Shown: positions 28,058-36,630 of the stretch, one piece after another
Layout of the letters: every line of letters begins with the position of its first letter
Numbering within the stretch: the stretch's first letter is position 1
From: Anaerolineae bacterium
GTDB lineage: Bacteria > Chloroflexota > Anaerolineae > JAKLPW01
Length of the DNA stretch: 56,196 nucleotides
NCBI GenBank assembly: GCA_022013675.1
Contig: JAKLPW010000276.1
Coordinates: 1-56,196 of the forward strand
Direction: 5' to 3'
Made by a program: the position numbers and the translations under genes
The notes under the pieces: generated by a model
Databases searched by the model: none
What the model saw: only the letters and a program-made list of their open reading frames with translations
Told to the model about the DNA's origin: nothing

Positions 28058-30975
28058 TGCGCTTGTGTTTTGGGCGCGGCCCGTGATATCCCTGGCTTCA
28101 GCAGGGCGAGAACGATCTCTGCCAGCAGGTCAACGGTTGCCAGGAGGATGGCGTAGAACAAGAGCGTATTGACGAGCACGGGGTAATCCTTGGCCTGGAT
28201 GGTGCTGACGAGATACTGACCCATGCCAGGGATGTCGAAGAGCTGCTCGACGACGAGAGAACTTGCCATCATGGCGGAGGACATGGAGCGTGCAAGGGGC
28301 AACAGAGAGAGCAGGGACATGCGAAGCGTCCGCCAGAGCAGGAGCCTGTGGGCGTGCTGCCGCTGGGGCATTGCCATGTCCGTGAAGAGCCTGCATTGCA
28401 GCTTCACCATGCTATCGCGCACCGACTGAGCGATCAAAGCGGCAAACCCCAGGCCCAGGGCAGCGCTCGGCAGTATCAGGTGACGCAGCTCTCCCCATCC
28501 AGTGGGGGGTAGCCAGGCAGTAGTGAAGGAGAGAGACCATAGTAACAGTGGCCCCAAGACAATGACAGGGATGGCGAGACCGAACGTTGCCATTCCTGTG
28601 AACAAATAGTCCCAGAAGCTGTCGGTCTTGTGTGCTGCAAGCGCGCCGCAAGAGACCCCCAATCCAATAGCGAATAGAGTGGCTGCTAGACCAAGCCCTA
28701 GAGATGCGGGGAGGTGCTGGCATAGGATGTCGTTGACGGTGCGTTCTGGGGGTATGTATGAGGGGCCAAGATCAAAGTGAAAGACGACGTTGCGCAAGTA
28801 GACCAAATATTGTTCCGCTGGTGAACTGCCTACTCTATAGTACTTCTCGATGGCCCCGATCGTGACCGACGACAGGTGCTTTAGGGAATCGAAGGGGCCA
28901 CCGGGGATGATACGTAGTGTGAAGAAAGCTACAAGAGAAAGAAAAATGATGGAGGCGGTCAGTCGTAGAATTCCTCGAACCCCTCTAGCTACCAGTTCAC
29001 GTTGTCGCTGGTAGCGTCGAAATTGCGTTCTCAGGTGGAAACTCGCTCGTTTCAGGCGCTCTCGATAATTGGCCGGTTGCACTTTGGCTACTCGAAGACG
29101 TAACTGTTCTTCGTGGGTGACACTGATCTCTTCCATGGCCACTTGACGAACTTCCTTGTGTGCGAAGCGAAACTTGCCGGCCATCGTTTCTTGTAGGAAT
29201 CTCAACCGAAGCAGTGCGTCGAGTGCACGAAGGGCTTCAGTCTGGTCGAGTCCGCTAGCACGCTGCACAGTCACGAAGTCGCATCGTTCTCCGGCAACAG
29301 CGGCTGTTAGCAGGAACTCCCGAGTGAAGGGATCAAGTCGTCTCAAGCGTGTCTGGAATAGCTCTCGTATGCTGTTGGGGATTCGCTTTTCGGTGGGTGC
29401 AGTGGATGGGCGGAGAAAGAGCGAACGGGTCAATTCGATGGTGAAGAGAGGATTACCTTCGCTTCTTCTGTGAATGCGTCTTTCCAGAACGTGTCCGCCG
29501 ATACCTTTGGTGATGTGTCGGACAAGCTGACCTGTTTGATCGGCATTCAGACGAGAGAGGGTCAAGTGCTTGGCTTGGCTCTTCACTTCCAGGTTGTGCA
29601 GCACGGCTTCCGCAGGAGGAGACAGTTCCTCGGCACGATAGGCCACTATGAAAAGAATGCGCTCGTCTCTGAGTGAGTGGACCAGGTATGCTAGCAGATC
29701 GCTGCTAGCCGCATCTGACCACTGACAGTCGTCCAGAAACAGAGTCGCCGGCCTTCGTTGAGTGATTTCTCTCAAGATAGCAGTCAGAAGCGGCGCTAGC
29801 TGCCGCAGTCTGTTTTCGGATCCCTCTGTCATCCGAGCAACAGATTTGCCCCAGCCTGATAGGTATTTCCGTAGATCCATCCAGCGATAACCACTGTCAG
29901 ACGGCGAGATGCTTTCCCACAAGGACAGAACTGCACGCAGAATAGGGATGAATGCCTGGTAGGGCAGGGGAGACTCCATGGGATAGCAGTGGCCAGCAAG
30001 AACAGCAATGCGTCTTGTAGTCTGGCGGGCCAGGAATTCCTCAATCAGACGTGTCTTGCCGATGCCTGCTTCCCCTTCCACCAGCAGTACTCTGGCCTGA
30101 CCTCTAATAACAGCGTCCAGGGAGTTGTTCAGGAGATTCAACTCTAGATCTCGATCAACCAGGGGTAGACGTTCCTCGCCGAGGAGAAAGGAAGTCTTCC
30201 ACTCGGGCAACTGCTCCTGTTTCAGGATACTCTCGCCCATCAAAAGAGCGTGGATCTCCTGTGTTTCGTCGCTAGGAGCGGTGCCAAGCTCAAGTTCCAA
30301 TACCTCACGGCACTTCTCGTAGGTACGGAGGGCGGCAGCGCGATTGCCTTCACGGTGATACAGGCGCATTAATGTGCAGTATGCACTTTCCTGAAGAGGA
30401 TCGGCTCGCAGAGCATCAAGGGAGTACTTGATGGCTTGCCCATAGTTGTGACGCTGTTGATGGTAGTATGCCAGTTGCTCCAAGAGCGAGATGTAGGCAA
30501 GATGCAAGGCTTCGCGTCTGAATCGGGTCCATACTGAGAAAGCCTCGTTCTCCTTGAGAATGAAGCCATCCAAAAAGCCTTCTCGGTATAGTTCAATGAC
30601 CCGTACCGCTCTGTTGATGGAGAGAGCGTCGGGGGCGGTGGATATCCCTTCCAGAGCATGCTCGAACTCCTCAACGTCTACCCAATAGTCGCTGCTATCG
30701 CTGAGCTGAACCCATTCCCATGTAGCGATGATATGATTGCTACCGGGTAGTGCTTGACGGAGTTTGTAGAGTGCATCGTTAAGGCTGCGGCGAGCGTGGC
30801 GTTCGTCACTATCTTCCCAGAACATGGTGGCTAGTTTCCCGCGAGATATGGGAGCCTGAGCTTCCAATGCCACGTAGAAGAGTAGCGCCATGGCTTTCTG
30901 GGACGTCAGCGCGATAGGCTGGCCGGCGTACTCGATTCGTGGAGATCCTAGGAGATAGAGCTTCAGGGTTGGCAT
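28054..30975 (-). CDS. Fusion protein: SARP-type winged HTH + BTAD + STAND ATPase + OppB-like ABC permease domain
   Basis: HTH/BTAD: LYLLGSP, LL.YVAL, SRGKLA..FW, DVEEF, LY..GFL, DPLQESAY..LMRLY, ELGTAPS. NTPase: GEAGIGKT, LFLDDCQWSD, SEGNPLF. C-terminal ~310 aa: PGGPFD, LGPSY, VVEQLFDIPGMG, KDYPVL. ATG at 30975 has an RBS-like GAGGAAAG. Confidence 0.88.
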   Translation of the reverse strand: MPTLKLYLLGSPRIEYAGQPIALTSQKAMALLFYVALEAQAPISRGKLATMFWEDSDERHARRSLNDALYKLRQALPGSNHIIATWEWVQLSDSSDYWVDVEEFEHALEGISTAPDALSINRAVRVIELYREGFLDGFILKENEAFSVWTRFRREALHLAYISLLEQLAYYHQQRHNYGQAIKYSLDALRADPLQESAYCTLMRLYHREGNRAAALRTYEKCREVLELELGTAPSDETQEIHALLMGESILKQEQLPEWKTSFLLGEERLPLVDRDLELNLLNNSLDAVIRGQARVLLVEGEAGIGKTRLIEEFLARQTTRRIAVLAGHCYPMESPLPYQAFIPILRAVLSLWESISPSDSGYRWMDLRKYLSGWGKSVARMTEGSENRLRQLAPLLTAILREITQRRPATLFLDDCQWSDAASSDLLAYLVHSLRDERILFIVAYRAEELSPPAEAVLHNLEVKSQAKHLTLSRLNADQTGQLVRHITKGIGGHVLERRIHRRSEGNPLFTIELTRSLFLRPSTAPTEKRIPNSIRELFQTRLRRLDPFTREFLLTAAVAGERCDFVTVQRASGLDQTEALRALDALLRLRFLQETMAGKFRFAHKEVRQVAMEEISVTHEEQLRLRVAKVQPANYRERLKRASFHLRTQFRRYQRQRELVARGVRGILRLTASIIFLSLVAFFTLRIIPGGPFDSLKHLSSVTIGAIEKYYRVGSSPAEQYLVYLRNVVFHFDLGPSYIPPERTVNDILCQHLPASLGLGLAATLFAIGLGVSCGALAAHKTDSFWDYLFTGMATFGLAIPVIVLGPLLLWSLSFTTAWLPPTGWGELRHLILPSAALGLGFAALIAQSVRDSMVKLQCRLFTDMAMPQRQHAHRLLLWRTLRMSLLSLLPLARSMSSAMMASSLVVEQLFDIPGMGQYLVSTIQAKDYPVLVNTLLFYAILLATVDLLAEIVLALLKPGISRAAPKTQAH

Positions 30976-31144
30976 TTCTTTCCTCTCCGATCTTACCGAG
31001 AGATCAATGATCATGCGTATTATACCACAAATGAGCAGATGATCGAGGCGAGCGTCGGGAGGTAGCAATTTGGTGTCTGAGAGAGTGGAAGAGGAGCGCG
31101 AGGGTTCTACTGCGGGGTGATGGACTTTGTGGAGATAAGTCATG

Positions 31145-31173
31145 TTGCGCTATCTCCTCGGAGATGGTATAAT
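31145..31173 (+). promoter_or_regulatory. sigma70-type promoter of the zinc-ribbon gene
   Basis: TTGCGC-N17-TATAAT with a TG extension. A divergent TG-TATAAT at 31019-31027 likely serves the fusion gene. Confidence 0.6.
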
Positions 31174-31231
31174 GCGAGGCGTGGGGTTAGCATTGAGCCC
31201 CACTTTTTACAAGAGGCGCAGAGGAGGTTCT

Positions 31232-31528
31232 ATGGACAACAGGTCTACAGAGGGGATGGATTGCCCGAACTGTGGCGTTTACAACCCTGCTGGCCGGGCT
31301 GTATGCTGGCGATGCGACCGGGAATTGCCGAAGCCCAAAGAACAGAAGCGACGGAAACCATTCTGGAGTGGACAGTCTTGGGTGTATATATTGATGGCTG
31401 TCTTGATTCTCTTCTCCCTGCTGCAGCTTTGCGGCTTGCCCAGTGTACCGGGTGGGGATGAATCTGGATCCCTGCGTTTCTTTTTCTGTGAAGCAGATAG
31501 TTTGGTGAACCTGCTGCTGGTTATGTGA
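31232..31528 (+). CDS. Small zinc-ribbon membrane protein
   Basis: ATG after GGAGG; CPNCG...CWRC, then a basic patch and one TM helix. Confidence 0.7.
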   Translation: MDNRSTEGMDCPNCGVYNPAGRAVCWRCDRELPKPKEQKRRKPFWSGQSWVYILMAVLILFSLLQLCGLPSVPGGDESGSLRFFFCEADSLVNLLLVM

Positions 31529-31621
31529 CGACAGGGTCAGGGGTTGGCACTAGCTTCGTTGACTTGGTGTCTGCGAATTTCTTGCTAACAATAAGCTGAG
31601 TTAGCTAGTCGATGAGCTTGT

Positions 31622-31855
31622 TCAGTGGTTAGCTATTAGTGCTTCGATGGCAAGGACGTCGATTGCGCGGAAGTCCTCTATCCATAGATTAGCATCCGGC
31701 AGCTCTGCCGGCATATAGCCGGTGGTGACGGCAACACAACTCATGTTTGCGGCGACAGCAGCACTCACTCCGCTAGGGCTGTCTTCAAAGACCACGCACC
31801 GACCTGGACGGACACCCAGCTTCTTCGCGGCCAGGAGAAATATCTCCGGATGTTT
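31622..31855 (-). pseudogene. 5'-truncated HAD-superfamily phosphatase (beta-PGM/CbbY-like) fragment
   Basis: Hand translation gives KHPEIFLLAAKKLGVRPGRCVVFEDSPSGVSAAVAANMSCVAV...*. An in-frame TAA lies at 31871-31873 and there is no DxD motif I. Confidence 0.8.
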
Positions 31856-31950
31856 GTGAACCTGTTGCCTTTACTGTTACAATCGCGTAGGTGGTTAGTA
31901 ATGCTAATGCTCCCCGCCTCTGCAATTGTGGAGCACCCACGAGGAAATGA

Positions 31951-33048
31951 ATGCGGCGATACTTACCAGTAGTGATTGCACTACTAAGCCTCTTGAATCT
32001 CGCTTTTCGACCGGCTGTTTTGACCGAGTCCGATTTCGCGCGCTATCAGGTCTCGCCTTACCAGATAGAGCAAATGGTGCCTCGTCCCATGCCAGAACTC
32101 AGTGCCAAAGCGGCGCTGCTGATGGATGGGACTTCGGGAACGATTCTGTATGCCAAGAGTGAACATGATCGTCTGGCTCCAGCCAGCACGACGAAGATGG
32201 TTACGGCATTGGTGGCTGTGCAAGGGGCTAATCTGGGAGATCATGTTGCTATCATGCCCAGCGATCTCTTCGTAGGCTCGTGCATGGGCCTGTCGACTGG
32301 CGAGGAGCCAACCATAGAGGAACTTCTGTACGCTTTGCTCTTGGTGTCGGACAATGCGGTGGCGGTGACCATCGCGCGGCATGTTGCCGGATCAGAGAAG
32401 ACCTTCGTGGGTCTTATGAACCAGTGGGTTACGGAGCATGGGCTCCAAGACACACACTTCTCCAACCCCCAGGGCTTCGATGAGACGATGCATTTCTCGA
32501 GTGCCTACGACCTGGCTATCATTGGGCGTCAATTGATTCAGAGTCGAATTCTGACCTCGATTGTGGCCACCAAGGAACAGTGGGCTGCGTCGCGCCTGTT
32601 GGAGAATACTAACGAGCTATTGGGCACGTATGCTGGTGCCAACGGTGTGAAAACTGGCACAACAGATGCCGCTGGCCAGTGCCTGGTGGCTTCGGCGAAG
32701 CGGGACGGGGGATGGGTTGTGGCGGTGGTGTTGGGCAGTCAGGATCGGTATGCTGATGCTCGAGCTTTGCTAGATTACTACTTCACCGGATACTTTCAGA
32801 CATCGTTGAGTCTGGAACCCTCTCCGTTGGCTAGAATTCAGATAGAGGGAGGAGAGTGGCGTCCTCTGGTTGTGCGAGATGATGCGCAGGTTCTCTTGAC
32901 TCGATGGCAGGTGGGATATTTACGCAGTTTCCTTTGGATTGATACGGCGAACCTATCTCCGGGCTTGGGAGAGGCAGTTGGACGGGTAACGTATGATCTG
33001 TTCGGTCAGACTGTTGCAGAACTCCCTGTCTACATAGGGGGCTACTAG
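31951..33048 (+). CDS. D-alanyl-D-alanine carboxypeptidase (peptidase S11)
   Basis: Signal peptide; SxxK (ASTTK), SxN (SDN), HF.NP.G and KTG. Confidence 0.92.
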   Translation: MRRYLPVVIALLSLLNLAFRPAVLTESDFARYQVSPYQIEQMVPRPMPELSAKAALLMDGTSGTILYAKSEHDRLAPASTTKMVTALVAVQGANLGDHVAIMPSDLFVGSCMGLSTGEEPTIEELLYALLLVSDNAVAVTIARHVAGSEKTFVGLMNQWVTEHGLQDTHFSNPQGFDETMHFSSAYDLAIIGRQLIQSRILTSIVATKEQWAASRLLENTNELLGTYAGANGVKTGTTDAAGQCLVASAKRDGGWVVAVVLGSQDRYADARALLDYYFTGYFQTSLSLEPSPLARIQIEGGEWRPLVVRDDAQVLLTRWQVGYLRSFLWIDTANLSPGLGEAVGRVTYDLFGQTVAELPVYIGGY

Positions 33049-33049
33049 G

Positions 33050-33811
33050 ATGGATCGTCTGTCGAAAGTGCTCGCGAACAGGGGGATTGCATCACGGCGG
33101 AGATGCGAAGAGCTGATCGAAGCCGGAAGAGTGCGGGTTAATGGTCAGGTCGTGATGAAGCAAGGCGTGCGAGTGGATCCGGAGAAGGATCGCATAACCG
33201 TTGATGGACGATTCGTGCGGGAAGTTCACAGTGTATATGTTCTATTGAACAAGCCTGTCGGGTATGTCTCGACCGCGAAAGATCCGCAGGGGCGTCCTAC
33301 AGTCCTCGATCTGGTGCCGATTGACCAGCGGATTTATCCCGTGGGTCGCCTGGATATGAGCAGTGAGGGCTTGCTGCTTATGACGAATGATGGCGCAATT
33401 GCGGATCGGCTAACTCATCCACGCTACGAGCACGAGCGGGAGTACTGGGCGTTGGTGGAGGGTAGGGACTTGGGTGAAGCGATTTCGCGGCTGCGAAAAG
33501 GCGTAGAGTTGGAAGATGGTAGTGCCCAGGCAACCTCCTCAAGCATTTTGCCTGACCAGGTAGTGAGGCGACAGCTTCTGCGTGGAGGTACGCAAAATGA
33601 AGGTACATCGGGTAGGTGGCTTCGGATCGTTATCCGTGAGGGGCGCAAGCGCCAGATTAGGCGTATGTGTGAAGCGGTAGGGAATCCGGTGGCGAGGCTT
33701 ATCCGGGTGAGAATGGGGCCCCTCCATTTGGGGGACCTGGCACCAGGGGCTTGGCGTTACTTGACCGATGATGAGGTGGAGTCTCTGTACAAGGCCGTGG
33801 GGATGCATTAA
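33050..33811 (+). CDS. rluB: RluB/RsuA-family pseudouridine synthase with S4 domain
   Basis: Motifs RLSKVLA..G.ASRR, NKPVG, VGRLD..SEGLLL and EGRKRQIRRM. Confidence 0.9.
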   Translation: MDRLSKVLANRGIASRRRCEELIEAGRVRVNGQVVMKQGVRVDPEKDRITVDGRFVREVHSVYVLLNKPVGYVSTAKDPQGRPTVLDLVPIDQRIYPVGRLDMSSEGLLLMTNDGAIADRLTHPRYEHEREYWALVEGRDLGEAISRLRKGVELEDGSAQATSSSILPDQVVRRQLLRGGTQNEGTSGRWLRIVIREGRKRQIRRMCEAVGNPVARLIRVRMGPLHLGDLAPGAWRYLTDDEVESLYKAVGMH

Positions 33812-33831
33812 AATGGTTACAGGATGAATAC

Positions 33832-34596
33832 ATGAATCTGGGTGGAAAGGCGGACGGAAAGCCGCTGAGGGTGTCGACAATCGCTATTGATGGGCCTGCT
33901 GCCTCCGGCAAGAGCACAGTAGGTGCTTGGTTGGCGAAATCGTTGGGATATCTGTACTTCGACACGGGAGTGATGTATCGCGCTATTACTTGGGCAGCGT
34001 TGAAACGCGGCATGCATATTGCGGATGAGGAGGCCGTTACCAGGTTGGCTGAGGAAGTGCGAATCGTTGTGTCTCGCCCTACTGAGGATGATGGACGTCA
34101 GTATACGGTACTGGCCGATGGTGAGGACATAACCTGGGATATACGCAAGGCGGAGGTCGACTGGGCGGTCTCACCTGTCTCTGCCTATCCCGGGGTGAGA
34201 AAGGCGTTGACAGCACAGCAGCGGCGCATAGGCCAGAAGGGTTGCGTGGTGATGGTCGGTCGAGACATCGGCACGGTCGTCATGCCCGAGGCGCATCTGA
34301 AGATATACCTTACTGCTTCTGCAGAGGAACGTGCGCGACGTCGCCATGTAGAACAGATTGCCCGAGGCCAAGAAAGTGATTATGACGAAGTGCTACGAGA
34401 TATGAAGCGCCGGGATCGGATCGACAGTAGACGAGAGACAGCCCCCTTGAGAGTGGCTGCGGACGCCATTGTGGTGGACAGCACGTCAATGAGCATTGAT
34501 AGTGTGCTGGCCCACATCAAGGGGCTGATACTCGATCGTTTCAAGATGCTAGCAGATGCAGGAGGCCCACTCGTTGAGTGCCAACAAGGTCTTTAG
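33832..34596 (+). CDS. cmk: Cytidylate kinase
   Basis: Motifs IAIDGPAASGKST, DTGVMYRA, GRDIGT and RDRIDS.R..APL. Confidence 0.96.
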   Translation: MNLGGKADGKPLRVSTIAIDGPAASGKSTVGAWLAKSLGYLYFDTGVMYRAITWAALKRGMHIADEEAVTRLAEEVRIVVSRPTEDDGRQYTVLADGEDITWDIRKAEVDWAVSPVSAYPGVRKALTAQQRRIGQKGCVVMVGRDIGTVVMPEAHLKIYLTASAEERARRRHVEQIARGQESDYDEVLRDMKRRDRIDSRRETAPLRVAADAIVVDSTSMSIDSVLAHIKGLILDRFKMLADAGGPLVECQQGL

Positions 34597-34606
34597 CGAA
34601 GCTCGT

Positions 34607-35299
34607 ATGTCCGTTAGGTTCCATCGTCTGCTGAACGGCGCGCTCAAGTTGCTCTTCTGGATTCTGCTGCGGTGCGAAGTACAGGGCTTGCAGAATGTAC
34701 CTCTGAGTGAGCCCATGTTGATCATCGTGAATCACATCAATTTTTTGGATGCTGTGGTCACGGCGGTGGTATTGCCCCGAGACATGTATCTGATGACCAA
34801 GATTGAGACCTTCAATGCCCCCGTTTTCAACTGGGTGATTTGGTGGTATGGAGTCTTCTCGGTGCGGAGGGGTGAGGTAGATAGGATGGCTCTACGGCAG
34901 GCCTTGAACATTCTCGAGGGAGGGGGTGTTCTTCTAGTTGCGCCAGAGGGGACTCGCAGTGGTGACGGCTTGATGCAGCAGGCCCGCAATGGTGTAGCCT
35001 ATTTGGCGACCAAGGCTGACGTTCCGATTTTGCCGGTGGCTGTGTGGGGGGTTGAGGAATTCTGGAAACGTTTTCCTCGTCTGAAAAGAACGAAAGTGAA
35101 CGTGCGAGTTGGAGTACCGTTCACTTTCCAAGCGAGTGAGTCGCGACTTCGCAGGAATGAACTGACTCAAATGACCGAGGAGGCGATGCTCCGATTGGCT
35201 GACTTGCTGCCGCCAGAATATCGGGGCTATTACAGCGAGGAGCTACCAACTAGCTGGGAGTACATTGAACCTTTCCATCTGGGGAGCGGAGGGGGGTAG
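34607..35299 (+). CDS. plsC: 1-acyl-sn-glycerol-3-phosphate acyltransferase
   Basis: Motifs NHINFLD, VRRG, APEGTRS and PILPV. Confidence 0.88.
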   Translation: MSVRFHRLLNGALKLLFWILLRCEVQGLQNVPLSEPMLIIVNHINFLDAVVTAVVLPRDMYLMTKIETFNAPVFNWVIWWYGVFSVRRGEVDRMALRQALNILEGGGVLLVAPEGTRSGDGLMQQARNGVAYLATKADVPILPVAVWGVEEFWKRFPRLKRTKVNVRVGVPFTFQASESRLRRNELTQMTEEAMLRLADLLPPEYRGYYSEELPTSWEYIEPFHLGSGGG

Positions 35300-35300
35300 G

Positions 35301-36620
35301 ATGGTGGAAGGGGGGCTTGTCGCGGCTGTCTCAGAAGGAAGCCTTTCCGAAGAGATGGGTATACGCTCTGGAGATGAAGTCCTTTCCATTGATGGTCACG
35401 TGCTCCGCGATGTAATTGACTATCAGTACTATGCTGCGGAGGAAGACCTGGAAATGGTTGTTCGCCGAAAGGGGGTTACTCGCCACTTCTCTTTGCGAAG
35501 GAAGTATGGGGAGGACCTGGGAATCGAGTTCACCTCGCCGGTGTTCAATGGCATGCGACATTGCTCAAATCAGTGTGAGTTTTGCTTTGTTAATCAAATG
35601 CCCCCTGGCCTCCGACGAAGCCTGTATGTGAAGGATGATGATTATCGCTATTCGTTCCTCTATGGCAACTTCATTACTCTCAGCAATCTAACTGACAACG
35701 ACTGGGTGCGCCTGGCGCAGCAACGATTGAGCCCTCTGTACGTCTCTGTCCATGCCACGGACGCTGCCATACGGCGCAGGCTGTTACGCAATCCCACAAC
35801 TCCTGACATCGTGCCGCAGTTGATTCGCCTTGGCAATCTTGGAATCAAGGTACATGCGCAGATCGTTGTCTGTCCTGGAGTGAATGATGGGGATGTGTTG
35901 GAACAGACAATAACTGACCTGGTGGGACTTTGGCCGGTGGTTGTCTCGATTGCCATAGTCCCTGTTGGCCTGACCCGATTTTGCAAGGGGAAGATACGTA
36001 CCCTTGCCAGGGAGGACGCCTACAGGCTGATTGAGCGCTATGGTGCCGACCAGTCAGCCCGGTATCGATGTTTGTATGGGGTTGGCTTGGTTTACCTCGC
36101 CGACGAAGTGTATTTCCTGGCAGGCGAGCCTATGCCGGCGGCACACGAATACGATGACTATCCACAGTTGGAGAATGGGGTAGGGCTGACTCGGCTTTTC
36201 TTGGATGAGTGGGACGAGTTGAGAGCAGAGGTTACTGGTGGTAGCGCGACCTATGCGAATGTCGCGATTGCCACTGGGACTCTGTTTGCGCCGCTTATGG
36301 ATCAGATTGCTGGGGAGATGGAGCGGGTATTAGGTGTTGGTATCTCAGTTCACCCTGTTGTGAACCGTTTCTTCGGTTCGATGGTGACTGTAGCCGGCTT
36401 GCTTACGGGGCAGGACGTGGTGCATGCATTCCGTGGAAAGTCGAGGCCGGATTTGCTTCTGTTGCCCGGTGCCATGTTCGATAATGCGGGCCGCCGCCGT
36501 ACAATCGATGATTGGGATCAAGATCGAATAGCCGAGGAAGTGGGAACAACTATTATGGTTGCGGGGACGGTCCGCGAGATGCAAGTGGCTGTGGTGAGCA
36601 TTCAGCAGGACAGAGCGTAG
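35301..36620 (+). CDS. DUF512-family radical SAM-like protein with N-terminal PDZ-like domain
   Basis: Motifs CSNQCEFC, LYVKDDDYRYSFL.GNF, YPQLENGVG and VAGLLTGQD. Confidence 0.88.
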   Translation: MVEGGLVAAVSEGSLSEEMGIRSGDEVLSIDGHVLRDVIDYQYYAAEEDLEMVVRRKGVTRHFSLRRKYGEDLGIEFTSPVFNGMRHCSNQCEFCFVNQMPPGLRRSLYVKDDDYRYSFLYGNFITLSNLTDNDWVRLAQQRLSPLYVSVHATDAAIRRRLLRNPTTPDIVPQLIRLGNLGIKVHAQIVVCPGVNDGDVLEQTITDLVGLWPVVVSIAIVPVGLTRFCKGKIRTLAREDAYRLIERYGADQSARYRCLYGVGLVYLADEVYFLAGEPMPAAHEYDDYPQLENGVGLTRLFLDEWDELRAEVTGGSATYANVAIATGTLFAPLMDQIAGEMERVLGVGISVHPVVNRFFGSMVTVAGLLTGQDVVHAFRGKSRPDLLLLPGAMFDNAGRRRTIDDWDQDRIAEEVGTTIMVAGTVREMQVAVVSIQQDRA

Positions 36621-36630
36621 GAGGAGTAAA

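Noticed and set aside
30976-31143. 56-aa N-terminal extension of the fusion ORF
   Set aside because: It overlaps the promoter region. The SARP-like sequence starts at the ATG at 30975.
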